Below, one piece after another: positions 19,756-28,964 of a stretch of DNA of 52,628 nucleotides (position 1 is its first letter; each line of letters begins with the position of its first letter). This DNA comes from a virus (Duplodnaviria; Caudoviricetes): IMG/VR virus record IMGVR_UViG_3300028388_005745, positions 1 through 52,628 of that record. One strand, given 5' to 3'. Position numbers and translations under genes: made by a program. A model generated the notes under the pieces. The model did no database searches and had not been told where the DNA came from. It was given only the letters and a program-made list of their open reading frames with translations.

Positions 19756-20667
19756 TTAAAAACTTAAGATTCTTCCCATTTGGGGAATGTGGTAATCAGC
19801 CGCCAAGGTCAAGGACCTTATATTTACGCCCGGTGAAAACTCCGAATCCGAATGCGTATGCCCTGAAAGGACAAAGGTTTTGACGTTTTTTACCTGTCCC
19901 CAATAGCTACAATGCTCAAGGATGGTATCACCCATGACTTTAGAGGAATATAGAGGTAACAAGTCACTTGGCTTTCCCTGATAAAGGCTATTTTCTTTAA
20001 ACGGGGGTACATGCGTTAAGATAATCACTTGATCATCGGCTGAAGGTTTAATGCTTTGTAATTTCTTCGCCACCATGCGGGCTTCTTTATCAGCAATCTT
20101 TTCCATCATTTTATAAACCGGATTCTCGGGGCCACATTTATCAAAATCATCAATCAGAAACCAATCACGCATTCGGACCTGGTTCCAATGTGAATTGCTT
20201 AGTCTTAGGGGCTTTTCATCCTCGCTTGGCTTAAAGCGACAATCAGCCCACCCATCACCTCCGGTTATAAAGATTTTAGATCCATCAGGTTTTTTAAGGA
20301 CATGAGGCTTGCCCCGTGTGACATAATGTAAACACATGCCCGCAGGGTTAAAAATCCAATTGCCTTTAATGGCATTCACATTGGCCTGGACTCGGGATAT
20401 TTTCCCATCCGCATACCAAAAATCGTGATTACCAAGGACATAATAAATAGGAATGTCTACAGCTATTTGAAGCTGTTGCAACATTGTATAAAAATGATAC
20501 TTGCGATACGTCACTTTATCTGGTTTTCCGGTACTGATGTCCCCCGTAATCAAGAGAAAATCCACACCGTTTTTTTTGACCTTTGTTTTCAGTTCAGAAA
20601 AATAATCTTCAAGTTGTTTTTCATTGTAACAATCCAAATGAAGGTCGGTGAGCCATAAAGCGTTCAT
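19756..20667 (-). CDS. Calcineurin-like metallophosphoesterase
   Basis: Intact motifs TDLH, TGD, GNHD, THVPP, GHTH; ATG at 20667 preceded by GAGG. Confidence 0.9.
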   Translation of the reverse strand: MNALWLTDLHLDCYNEKQLEDYFSELKTKVKKNGVDFLLITGDISTGKPDKVTYRKYHFYTMLQQLQIAVDIPIYYVLGNHDFWYADGKISRVQANVNAIKGNWIFNPAGMCLHYVTRGKPHVLKKPDGSKIFITGGDGWADCRFKPSEDEKPLRLSNSHWNQVRMRDWFLIDDFDKCGPENPVYKMMEKIADKEARMVAKKLQSIKPSADDQVIILTHVPPFKENSLYQGKPSDLLPLYSSKVMGDTILEHCSYWGQVKNVKTFVLSGHTHSDSEFSPGVNIRSLTLAADYHIPQMGRILSF

Positions 20668-20668
20668 T

Positions 20669-21085
20669 TTATTTTTCCTCAAATTGATTTAGAATATTAC
20701 TGCACTGACATTTTTTCCGGTCACTTTTTTGTATAAGAAATATTGCCAGCTGATGATACTTCTCGCTATACAGGGTTACATACCTCATATAGATGGTTCT
20801 CAAGGGTTCTTCTAAGTTCTTTCCACAGTCTCGGTGATGACCAAAGGATTCATGCGCACAGTAGCCACACAGGCTTCTGTCATGAGTTCTATCCTTGAGA
20901 TCAAACTTACAGCGTTGAGCTGGTTGATAATCAATTCCCATAAGATCTCTATGCACGAGATAATCATTTAGACAGATCCAGCATCCACCCCCAATAAACT
21001 TTTGTTCGTGCGGTGCCTCATCTTTTTTTAAGATTTCCAGAATATCCTCGGGGAGTTTCTCATTACTTTTTTTAATATTGTACAT
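20669..21085 (-). CDS. Cys/His-rich (possible zinc-binding) hypothetical protein
   Basis: CWIC, CGYC, HHRDC, CQC; start reassigned to ATG 21085 (RBS AAGGTG) to avoid overlap with the 21097 ORF. Confidence 0.5.
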   Translation of the reverse strand: MYNIKKSNEKLPEDILEILKKDEAPHEQKFIGGGCWICLNDYLVHRDLMGIDYQPAQRCKFDLKDRTHDRSLCGYCAHESFGHHRDCGKNLEEPLRTIYMRYVTLYSEKYHQLAIFLIQKSDRKKCQCSNILNQFEEK

Positions 21086-21096
21086 TATTTTCACCT

Positions 21097-21333
21097 TTAA
21101 AATGGAGAAGGCCTTAGCATTAAACATAAAAGTGCAATGTGCATAGCCAGCAATATAAATCGATGATTTACTTCGTCTTCTTGCTCTTTGCGTTCTTGGG
21201 GAGTCTTCCATTTTTCTTTAGGAAACTTTAATTTATAAAATTCATAAAAGAAAAGTGCAGCGGCATATACAACGGAAGCCGCGGTAAAACCCAGTGCCCC
21301 CGAAACAAATAATGATACAAATAATTCTTTCAT
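21097..21333 (-). CDS. Small membrane protein (2 hydrophobic segments)
   Basis: Hydrophobic N- and C-terminal stretches flanking a charged loop. Confidence 0.5.
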   Translation of the reverse strand: MKELFVSLFVSGALGFTAASVVYAAALFFYEFYKLKFPKEKWKTPQERKEQEDEVNHRFILLAMHIALLCLMLRPSPF

Positions 21334-21344
21334 CTAATTAATCC

Positions 21345-21551
21345 TTATAAAAATAGTTTAACCAAAAAACAAATTATCCACACGCTTCCAGCAATAAAGA
21401 TTCCTACACTCAGGACAGGAAGAACAATGATAAATAGAAACAAACCAGAGGCATAATATATATCTATACATACTGATTTTAATACTTCAAATAGCTTTAT
21501 AACTAAGCAACAAAGTAATAGAGGTATAAGTTGTATCACTTCTTCATCCAA
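21345..21551 (-). CDS. Small membrane protein
   Basis: 68 aa almost entirely hydrophobic; tightly packed in operon. Confidence 0.4.
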   Translation of the reverse strand: MDEEVIQLIPLLLCCLVIKLFEVLKSVCIDIYYASGLFLFIIVLPVLSVGIFIAGSVWIICFLVKLFL

Positions 21552-21821
21552 TTAAAGAACGTAACGATAGCAGCTATGAGAGACATGGCGTAAAGGCAAA
21601 TGGCAACTATCATGATGGGTGTCCGTTTCGTGTACAAAGAAATTAATATGGGCCGGGAATATTTTATAAATACAGTAAAATTGTAACCCAATCATAACGC
21701 TCAATAGTACGAATGAACATACAAAGTTTATGGTTTGCGCCTCTTTAATACATAAGTACATATAGATTAATAGAGCAATAGCTGCTGTGACGCACACTCC
21801 AAGAAGTAATGAAGTTAACAT
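21552..21821 (-). CDS. Small membrane protein (2 TM) with His-rich tail
   Basis: Two hydrophobic segments then HETDTHHDSCH..HVSH. Confidence 0.5.
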   Translation of the reverse strand: MLTSLLLGVCVTAAIALLIYMYLCIKEAQTINFVCSFVLLSVMIGLQFYCIYKIFPAHINFFVHETDTHHDSCHLPLRHVSHSCYRYVL

Positions 21822-22900
21822 TCCTTATCCTTATCTATTTCATAAATGAAATTTACGGGTTCCTCTTTTTTTTCCTCAGAAGGCCCTATTTCATAAATAT
21901 AATTAATGAAATCAAAGATTTCGCGTCCCGTATGATAGTTAATAAATTGCCGTGTCCCAGGGATTGGCTCTCTCTTACAGGGGTAAAGGAAACCGTAAGT
22001 CTTATAATAATACAAAGAAAACTTTGTTTTGTTTGTAAATTCCTGCAAAAACTCCAAGGTGTATTCTTTGTCCATATCTAAAGGCCATGCATCAAGGTTT
22101 TGGTAATCAAGATATTTTTGGAGGTCCGGGTTCCCATTTAATTTCAAAGGTTTATAAAATTTATAGGTTTCATTTTCAATGAGGGACTTATCAATAAAGT
22201 TCTTGAGCATGTATCCCGAACAATAGGCCTTATTAAGAGCGCCAGACGGATGATCTTTGTATCGTTCAAAAATTCTTTTACCAGTTAGACAACTTATTGA
22301 AGTCCCTTTATGAAAAACATACTGTTTCTCACAATTTAAATAATTACAAATTTCTGCCAATGAAAGATCTTGCCAAGCATCAAAGGGAAAATCTTTCAGC
22401 CCTAAAATATAATCAGAAACCAAATGTGTACGCGGCTTCCCATATAAATCCAGGGGCACCGATTTTAATTGATTATCATGAAAAAAAATTGGACCATCAT
22501 GCATTTCCGCACCGCAATTTTCCTCTTCATTATCCAAATCTTTATCAACCTTCTCAATGGCTTCATCACATTCTTGTAATAATTTAAAAAGATCACCATT
22601 TACATTGCGCGCTTGCTGTGCAAATGACACCATTACGCTGACATATTCAAAGATAAAATTATCGGCTTTATCAGCTGCACTTGGGCCTGCTTTTTCTTCG
22701 GGCAACATTTGAAACATGGTGGTTAGCATAATTTTCAGAAGCTTATAGAAAGGTTCTGTGTGTGCATTGTGTGTATATGCGTCGGGGTCTTCAAAACGAC
22801 TCAAGAAATTTTGGACTTCTTTGTCCCAGTCTTTAACAGTATTTCTTAAATCCTGGAGATTTTCCTCGAGGCGGTGAATATCATAATCATCTAACTTCAT
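21815..22900 (-). CDS. Hypothetical protein (N-terminal coiled coil)
   Basis: 361-aa ORF, RBS GGAAGG, in leftward operon. Confidence 0.7.
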   Translation of the reverse strand: MKLDDYDIHRLEENLQDLRNTVKDWDKEVQNFLSRFEDPDAYTHNAHTEPFYKLLKIMLTTMFQMLPEEKAGPSAADKADNFIFEYVSVMVSFAQQARNVNGDLFKLLQECDEAIEKVDKDLDNEEENCGAEMHDGPIFFHDNQLKSVPLDLYGKPRTHLVSDYILGLKDFPFDAWQDLSLAEICNYLNCEKQYVFHKGTSISCLTGKRIFERYKDHPSGALNKAYCSGYMLKNFIDKSLIENETYKFYKPLKLNGNPDLQKYLDYQNLDAWPLDMDKEYTLEFLQEFTNKTKFSLYYYKTYGFLYPCKREPIPGTRQFINYHTGREIFDFINYIYEIGPSEEKKEEPVNFIYEIDKDKEC

Positions 22901-22922
22901 TTTATATGCCTTCCTTCATTTT

Positions 22923-23813
22923 TTATACGAACCTAATTAAGTCCATAAATGGTTCCGAACCTTTTTTCAGGTTCATATATTCATTGAGCGCTTTCAGGAA
23001 ATTTTCCATTTGCCCAAAGTGAGATTCCACATCGGTTATAACCGAACAAACACTTGAAAGATCCTGAATGGAAGCATCGCGTGTATATAAGTTTTTGATC
23101 GCGTACCACATACGCATCATCTTCCACATATAATAATGGGTATAACGCATTGTAGTTCGCGTGCAGTAATACCGCATCATCAAAAGGAATTGGTTATCAC
23201 CCTTACCAACAGGGCGCGCAAACAAATTATATTTTTCGTTGAATTTCTTGTAATCGTCCTGAGCGTCTAGGATAGACCTTGAGGTGCGCACCATGACATT
23301 GGAATAAAATAGGTAAGGTATATATCCGCGTCCGCACATCAACATGTCCCATGCGTCTTGGGTAAACAGATCCGCCTCAAAACAAATGTTAAACATTTTT
23401 TCATACATCTTACATTCATCGATATGAGAAGGCCCACTCCAAGTACTGCACTCAGGTAGTTCATGAAATATGGTGGGCAACATCGGTGAAGTAATTAAAA
23501 AATCTGTCTTGGCCAATTCTTTCACCAACGTTTCAAAAAACGTCATATCATTCTCATCGTGATCAACCGCAAATGAAAGGATATTATATTCTCTATCCCC
23601 CTCAACTTTCGTTAGGAGATGCGTCTTTGTTTCAAGAATATCGTGGATATGAGTCGTAAGTGCCACAGAATCCGGAAATCTAATCGCATCATTTTTAAAG
23701 GCTTCCAGAAACGAAGCAATTTTTACCCATTCCTCATCAGTAACCCCCTGTGATAAGACACGTTGAAAGGTTTCGGTTATATCGAAATCAATATCTTTTA
23801 ATGTAAGATTCAT
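22923..23813 (-). CDS. Hypothetical alpha-helical protein
   Basis: 296-aa ORF, ATGA overlap with upstream gene. Confidence 0.7.
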   Translation of the reverse strand: MNLTLKDIDFDITETFQRVLSQGVTDEEWVKIASFLEAFKNDAIRFPDSVALTTHIHDILETKTHLLTKVEGDREYNILSFAVDHDENDMTFFETLVKELAKTDFLITSPMLPTIFHELPECSTWSGPSHIDECKMYEKMFNICFEADLFTQDAWDMLMCGRGYIPYLFYSNVMVRTSRSILDAQDDYKKFNEKYNLFARPVGKGDNQFLLMMRYYCTRTTMRYTHYYMWKMMRMWYAIKNLYTRDASIQDLSSVCSVITDVESHFGQMENFLKALNEYMNLKKGSEPFMDLIRFV

Positions 23814-24346
23814 TCTTTTATCCTTTCTTTGACACGATAAAACAGCACGTGATGAGGGGGGGTCCCTTCAATCCCACACGTGTGGCCGAAGCGGTGCGCT
23901 TTCATCAGTTTCATATCTATTTTATCCCCAAAGTTAATTATAGTTTTCTCAATATTATTCATTCTTTTCTGGATTCGCCGAAACCCGTGGTGGTGAGACT
24001 TAAGGGGAAGCATTCTATCACCTTCACCATTTTTAAACCGGCGCATGACTTCCGCGGGGTTGTCTGTAAAAATCAAGGTGTCGCATTTATACACACCAAA
24101 AAAATCCCGGAGAGAACAACTCCCAAACCGCCGGTCGGGGCCATATTCGAAAAACATCTGTTCCAAATTTTTATCTCTTATTAAAAGCCCGTAAGGTCGT
24201 TGGCGTTTCGGGGCTGATTCAAGCGGCACCTTCATATCTTTGAACCGCAGAATGTCAAAGTCTTCCGTAACCACGTATATATCAGGTGTGTCAAAAAATC
24301 GAAAAATAGGGTCTATCATTTTATTCCTTTTTGTTGTTATACTCAT
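23810..24346 (-). CDS. Hypothetical protein
   Basis: 178-aa ORF; second Met (MIDPIF) has an AAGGA RBS and may be the true start. Confidence 0.6.
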   Translation of the reverse strand: MSITTKRNKMIDPIFRFFDTPDIYVVTEDFDILRFKDMKVPLESAPKRQRPYGLLIRDKNLEQMFFEYGPDRRFGSCSLRDFFGVYKCDTLIFTDNPAEVMRRFKNGEGDRMLPLKSHHHGFRRIQKRMNNIEKTIINFGDKIDMKLMKAHRFGHTCGIEGTPPHHVLFYRVKERIKE

Positions 24347-24454
24347 CCTGCGTCCGATTACACTTGGGGGAAAGTGTCCTTATGCTCGCTATTGTATAAT
24401 AGTGACTAGGGAAATGGCCGACCACCTTCTATTCTAGAATAGGGAAGGAGTGCT

Positions 24455-24489
24455 GGAGGTCTCGGGTTCAACTCCTGTATGGCGCGCCA
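24455..24489 (+). pseudogene. 3' fragment of a tRNA (Arg-like)
   Basis: GGAGGTCTCGGGTTCAACTCCTGTATGGCGCGCCA: variable loop, T-arm and GCGCGCCA end; no recognisable D-arm or anticodon arm upstream. Confidence 0.5.
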
Positions 24490-24495
24490 AATTTT

Positions 24496-24648
24496 TTACA
24501 TTCCCTCATCTTCAAAACGGAAATTTTCCAAAAAGCTCTTAAGAATCCCGGTCGAATCTAAATCCTTATTATCATTGGCATGTTTCATGTTAAAAGGTGC
24601 GTGGACACGTCTTTTAAAGGGAAGTTCGTACTGGTGATATTTTTGCAT
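24496..24648 (-). CDS. Small 50-aa protein missed by the ORF track
   Basis: RBS AGAGG, MQKYHQYELPFKRRVHAPFNMKHANDNKDLDSTGILKSFLENFRFEDEGM*; first gene of leftward unit. Confidence 0.5.
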   Translation of the reverse strand: MQKYHQYELPFKRRVHAPFNMKHANDNKDLDSTGILKSFLENFRFEDEGM

Positions 24649-24772
24649 CGTTAACCTCTTTTTTAATCATATTTATTGTTTATTGTCTAATTCACACTCC
24701 CTGTCAAGATAATAAAAATTTGATTTTTAATGTATACCCTTTATATTCTTATATAAAAAATGAAGTGTAGGA

Positions 24773-25114
24773 ATGATAGAGGGACGGCCAAAGAGCAAAG
24801 GGCGCCGCAAAGAGGCGCTACACAAGCAAATCACCATTGATCGTGATGCGATGAACAAATTTTTTATCAAGCTTTCCAAATTGATGAAAGACAGTCCGAT
24901 TCCGTTGGGCCAAGTTTTTAAGCATATGCGTTATTATTATCGCATGACAAATAAGGAATTTGCCGAGCACATTAACGTATCCCCGTGCGCATATTTTGCG
25001 TATGAGTTAAAAGAGCCGCAACTTAAAATGAATCTGACAAGCATGGACCGCATTGCAAAGAATTTAGAGTGTGAATTAATTTATATGCTTTTACCGAAAA
25101 AACTTGTTGAATAA
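24773..25114 (+). CDS. XRE-family HTH regulator (mobile mystery protein A-like C-terminus)
   Basis: MTNKEFAEHINVS....AYE helix-turn-helix; LTSMDRIAKNLECELIYMLLP. Confidence 0.75.
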   Translation: MIEGRPKSKGRRKEALHKQITIDRDAMNKFFIKLSKLMKDSPIPLGQVFKHMRYYYRMTNKEFAEHINVSPCAYFAYELKEPQLKMNLTSMDRIAKNLECELIYMLLPKKLVE

Positions 25115-25235
25115 TTCTCTAAAATAAGCATGCTAGGCATAGCAGATATGCATCGGGAGTATAGACCGCGAAATCGCTTTCTATAACTCGGATTCCGCGG
25201 CGAATAATAAAAAGTTTCAGGGCTGGCGCACGAAA

Positions 25236-25535
25236 ATGAAGACCAACAACCTATCGCTAATAAAAAAAGAACCCCGGGTGGTTAACACCCGAGGTTTATT
25301 AGAAAATCTAACAAAGAAAAAGAAATCCCTTGATATTGAACGACTAAACAATGAATCAAGGGAAAATAACAAAATAAACACAGAACATCTACAGAGAGCA
25401 ATCTTTAGAGTTCAAGCTTTTAATCAAGTCAATGAGCAAAAGCGGTGCTTAAAAACTAAGCTTTATCCAAATCAATTTCCCCATCCAAAAGGAAAGAATC
25501 CCCGAAAGGACAGAAAGGAGGTCTTAGTTGAATAG
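25236..25535 (+). CDS. Hypothetical basic protein (may be non-coding)
   Basis: 99-aa ORF in very A-rich DNA, weak RBS, overlaps initiator start. Confidence 0.3.
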   Translation: MKTNNLSLIKKEPRVVNTRGLLENLTKKKKSLDIERLNNESRENNKINTEHLQRAIFRVQAFNQVNEQKRCLKTKLYPNQFPHPKGKNPRKDRKEVLVE

Positions 25536-26742
25536 CCCATTATATATATATACAGAGCACCTCCGTCAAGTCGAATTATTCATTTTAAATTTAATTAGCA
25601 TTTCGACACACAACAGATATTTCTGGCTGCAAGACAAAATCAAGCATTCTATGTATCATGAAAGCCGCTCTATCATGGGGTATACAGGACTTGGTTATCG
25701 TCCGGCCAAGCGTGCTTTTCATACCTTGGTGACTTATCACAAATCTTTCACCGCCTATAAGGAAGCCGAAGACAAATTCCAAGGCAAGCGCTTTGCGGTA
25801 TACTATCACCGTCTTTATAAACAAATGATGCTTGTGGAAAACCCTGATTACGTAAATCCAGATCCTTTCAAACGCATATGGGACACGGCCAAAACCCTTA
25901 AAAAATTTGCCCCAAAACCTCCTGCCTGTTCGAAAGATAGAGTAGATATTTTAAATTTAAAAACCCCCCTATATCCCCCCAGGGAGATACAGCCTGCTAT
26001 AATTGATTTATCCTTGGAGAGGAAACGCAGACGACGGAGGTGCCCTTTGCAGGCAGACAAACTAATCGATACATGGCATGAGCTGGTTTATACGCAGATG
26101 GAGAGTTCACCGCGTACCCGGCGCACCGCGTATTTGTATGCGGATGTCCTCGATTTCTTTCAGAATGCTTGCCAAGCCAACCCGCGCTATTTCCAGCAGA
26201 TGTGCGAATATATCACGCAAAGTGACTTTTTGATGGGCCGCAAAACTGACTTTCGCATCACGCTGTCGTCGCTGATGAACCTCAAGTTTTTCGCGAAGAT
26301 CATCGCCGGAAATTACCATGCCAAGCCATTCCGTTACCATCCCACCCGTGAAGAGATTCACGCCGCCCAGTGGAAGGAACGCAAGGACATTGCGGAGAAG
26401 ATTGCCAAAGCCTACCCCGATGCTGCGGTGCGTGAAGGGTTCCACAGGCTTACCCATCGCCTGACTCCTTTCCATTTTGACCAGTGGATTCTGCGCCCTC
26501 AGTGGGAAGTGACGCGTGAGGATGACGGCTATAGGTTTAGCTGCGCCAATGCGTTCCACCGCGAGTATGTGATGGACAAATTTGGTTACCTCATCGAAGA
26601 TGCCTTCGGTATAATTTTACGGGAAGAAAATGAAAGCAATGTCGGAACAACTGCTAAGTCAAAAATTAATACGCAAACTGCTCCAGCTATTGAAGAATGT
26701 GGGCACACTGTTTCGGAACCTCAAGCAGGGACCGGAGGATAA
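25528..26742 (+). CDS. Replication initiator with C-terminal DnaA N-terminal-like domain
   Basis: RBS AGGAGG plus TTG; SDFLMG...L....F.KIIAGNY phage replication-protein motif; FDQWI...FSCANAFHREYVMDKFGYLIEDAF resembles DnaA domain I. Confidence 0.7.
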   Translation: MNSPLYIYTEHLRQVELFILNLISISTHNRYFWLQDKIKHSMYHESRSIMGYTGLGYRPAKRAFHTLVTYHKSFTAYKEAEDKFQGKRFAVYYHRLYKQMMLVENPDYVNPDPFKRIWDTAKTLKKFAPKPPACSKDRVDILNLKTPLYPPREIQPAIIDLSLERKRRRRRCPLQADKLIDTWHELVYTQMESSPRTRRTAYLYADVLDFFQNACQANPRYFQQMCEYITQSDFLMGRKTDFRITLSSLMNLKFFAKIIAGNYHAKPFRYHPTREEIHAAQWKERKDIAEKIAKAYPDAAVREGFHRLTHRLTPFHFDQWILRPQWEVTREDDGYRFSCANAFHREYVMDKFGYLIEDAFGIILREENESNVGTTAKSKINTQTAPAIEECGHTVSEPQAGTGG

Positions 26743-27091
26743 AGTTGAGTTTGCGTGTCTCGGTTATTTGAAAATACTCACCCTTCAAAATAAGCTCCCT
26801 GCCGTGTGGTTTAAGGTCACAAACGAGGGAGCGTACAATAAAGGGGGTAACCGACCCCTGTACGGCCGCAAATTGGATTCTCAGGGCAAGATTGCGGGTA
26901 TATCTGATGCGGTGATTGCAGGAAACGGTCAAACATTGTTTTGTGAATTTAAGGCGGGAAAGAATAAACAATCCCCATCGCAAAAAATATTTGAGGAATG
27001 GGCGCAGGAAACTGGTAATTTGTATTATTTGGTTTATTCTTTAGATGAATTCAAAGAAATAATTTTCAAACATTTTGGAGTAAAAGACTAA
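26630..27091 (+). CDS. VRR-NUC family nuclease
   Basis: PED...NEG...G..AGISD...FCEFKAGKNKQSPSQKIF...VYSLDE. Confidence 0.85.
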   Translation: MKAMSEQLLSQKLIRKLLQLLKNVGTLFRNLKQGPEDKVEFACLGYLKILTLQNKLPAVWFKVTNEGAYNKGGNRPLYGRKLDSQGKIAGISDAVIAGNGQTLFCEFKAGKNKQSPSQKIFEEWAQETGNLYYLVYSLDEFKEIIFKHFGVKD

Positions 27092-27705
27092 TGAATCTTG
27101 ATGAAAAACTAATTTTATTCATTAACAATATAAAGACTTTTGTAAAGGAGTGGGCTGACAAGGAAAAGCCGCTTGATTATCACGCGCGTTATGAGCTTTT
27201 GGTACCTCCCCACAATGATTTGTTTATGGATTTTCACACCCATGTGTATTTGTACAAAAAATCTTTAACAAAAAAAGCTTTAGGTCAAGAACTTGATTTA
27301 TTAAAATTTAGTAAGTGTGATTTTTTGCATAATGCACTGCAGAATGCGCCAGATGAGATGGAAACCTTTTTTGATGAATCCACCTATTTTGGAAGTAATC
27401 CTGTCCCTGTGCCGGGGTTTGACTGGCGCGTATGGGGGAACGCGATTTCCTTAGGAATTGAAATCCATGCGACCAATGAAAATGATTCCACGCCTAATCA
27501 ACCCACCGCTGAAAATAAAGAACAGTTTAATGAGCGCTTGGCGGATATTCGGTTAATTTATAAACAAATCATTGAAAAAGCCGGTTTGCGCGGTCTTTAT
27601 ATGGGTCCGAGTAACCTTGTTCAAACGATGTCCACGGAGGTCAAAGATATTTTTACGCGTAAGGACATTAATGAATACTTTCAAAATGAATTTGAAAAAG
27701 CTTGA
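27091..27705 (+). CDS. Hypothetical protein
   Basis: 204-aa ORF, TAATG coupling, RBS GGAG. Confidence 0.65.
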   Translation: MNLDEKLILFINNIKTFVKEWADKEKPLDYHARYELLVPPHNDLFMDFHTHVYLYKKSLTKKALGQELDLLKFSKCDFLHNALQNAPDEMETFFDESTYFGSNPVPVPGFDWRVWGNAISLGIEIHATNENDSTPNQPTAENKEQFNERLADIRLIYKQIIEKAGLRGLYMGPSNLVQTMSTEVKDIFTRKDINEYFQNEFEKA

Positions 27706-28040
27706 TGCCAAAGCATATAAGCTACGAAGTCGAGAATCGTCCTGAAATTGATGTAAACAATCCTCCCAAGCGGTGGTCTCATCAAAAGTACGAAGCGCGC
27801 GAAGAATTACTATTCATGCCTCGCGATATGTTAGATTTGTTTACGCGGATGTGTAAAACAGCCGAAGTTCCTTTTAATGAATTGATTCAAGATATGGGAT
27901 ATTTTCTAATGAGTTTAATGTATTGTAAGCAAGAAGACATTGAATACACGGTTGGTCCACATTTTTTTAAAAAGTATTTACGAGAAATAGAAGAATATCA
28001 GGGAGGAAATCTTGAAGCACGAAAATACACTGACGAGTGA
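27702..28040 (+). CDS. Hypothetical protein
   Basis: 112-aa ORF coupled to the previous stop. Confidence 0.6.
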   Translation: MMPKHISYEVENRPEIDVNNPPKRWSHQKYEAREELLFMPRDMLDLFTRMCKTAEVPFNELIQDMGYFLMSLMYCKQEDIEYTVGPHFFKKYLREIEEYQGGNLEARKYTDE

Positions 28041-28437
28041 AGAAAGAAACTATATTGCGTTATTTAACCAAATCAAGGATGTGCGAACCTTGGTATTCCC
28101 GGAATGGGAAGTTTTTTATCGCGAAGGCTTTAAGGTCAAAGACCGGTTCCTCTTGACGAAAAAGGTGTGGCGCTTATGTGTTGAGCGGACAGGTCCGCAT
28201 AGTATGTACACCCCCCAGCCTAAAGAGAGTTTGTTTAACCTGACGATTGTCGTGTTAATCCTCGATCAACCTTATGAAGGTGAATATAACGAGGAAAAAG
28301 ATAAAAAGTGGACTTCCAATCTTTTTTACGATGAAGCTTATCAAGATTTAAAAAACCACCATGAAATGCGCGGTGATGTCTTCATTATGGATTATAAGAT
28401 GGAAAGGATTTTCCGGAAACTGGAGGCATTGAAGTGA
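28012..28437 (+). CDS. Hypothetical protein
   Basis: RBS GGAGG plus TTG; 141 aa. Confidence 0.6.
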   Translation: MKHENTLTSEERNYIALFNQIKDVRTLVFPEWEVFYREGFKVKDRFLLTKKVWRLCVERTGPHSMYTPQPKESLFNLTIVVLILDQPYEGEYNEEKDKKWTSNLFYDEAYQDLKNHHEMRGDVFIMDYKMERIFRKLEALK

Positions 28438-28928
28438 CCAAGAAAACCACGCGCAAAGCCATTAATCCTGAAACACCAGTCACCACAGTGCATACCCCTC
28501 ACCAAGTTGATGAAGTGGAAACATCTGAACTGGTGCCTTTAAGTTATTTCAAAACAGGAAATGTTAGCAAATACCTTGAACACAAAACCATTATTAATAT
28601 ATGGAACCGTCTTCTTAAAATGGCAGCTTCGGGAGAATTTACTGCCATTCAATACGTCTTAAATCGATGTTTACCGCCCCAACGTAAAGGCGCGCCCATA
28701 CCTATTAAACTAGGCCCAATGAAAACATTAGATGATGTGGACCGGGCATTTGACAATGTTGCCCGTGGAATTGAGCGCGCAGAAATTAGTCCCGAGGAAG
28801 CCTTAACTACCGCACGTTTCCTGGTAGAAAAAAGAAATACACTCTTTTCCCGGGATGTTTCTCATAAGTTTGACGATGTCTTTGCCGAACTTACAAATAA
28901 AGGGCTCATATCTTCTCGAGATGACTAA
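28434..28928 (+). CDS. Putative terminase small subunit-like protein
   Basis: A..GE..AI..VL.R..P...PI.L....T..D...A...VA.....EISPEEA pattern as in C-termini of DUF5681-containing phage proteins; RBS GGAGG plus GTG. Confidence 0.5.
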   Translation: MTKKTTRKAINPETPVTTVHTPHQVDEVETSELVPLSYFKTGNVSKYLEHKTIINIWNRLLKMAASGEFTAIQYVLNRCLPPQRKGAPIPIKLGPMKTLDDVDRAFDNVARGIERAEISPEEALTTARFLVEKRNTLFSRDVSHKFDDVFAELTNKGLISSRDD

Positions 28929-28964
28929 AATGTAGTATACTGTAAATAAACGAGGGTTAAGGCT

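Noticed and set aside
23480-23600. Ankyrin repeat in the 22923 ORF (NILSFAVDHD...FFETLV)
   Set aside because: Single weak resemblance, no TPLH consensus or 33-aa periodicity
24230-24290. FEN/PIN-like motif VVTEDFDILRF in the 23810 ORF
   Set aside because: At the extreme N-terminus with no other acidic catalytic motifs identifiable
24414-24489. Complete functional tRNA gene
   Set aside because: No D-arm, anticodon arm or matching 5' acceptor strand at the expected distance; kept only as a 3' fragment
24651-24666. CtrA box in the switch region
   Set aside because: Spacing is N8 rather than N7
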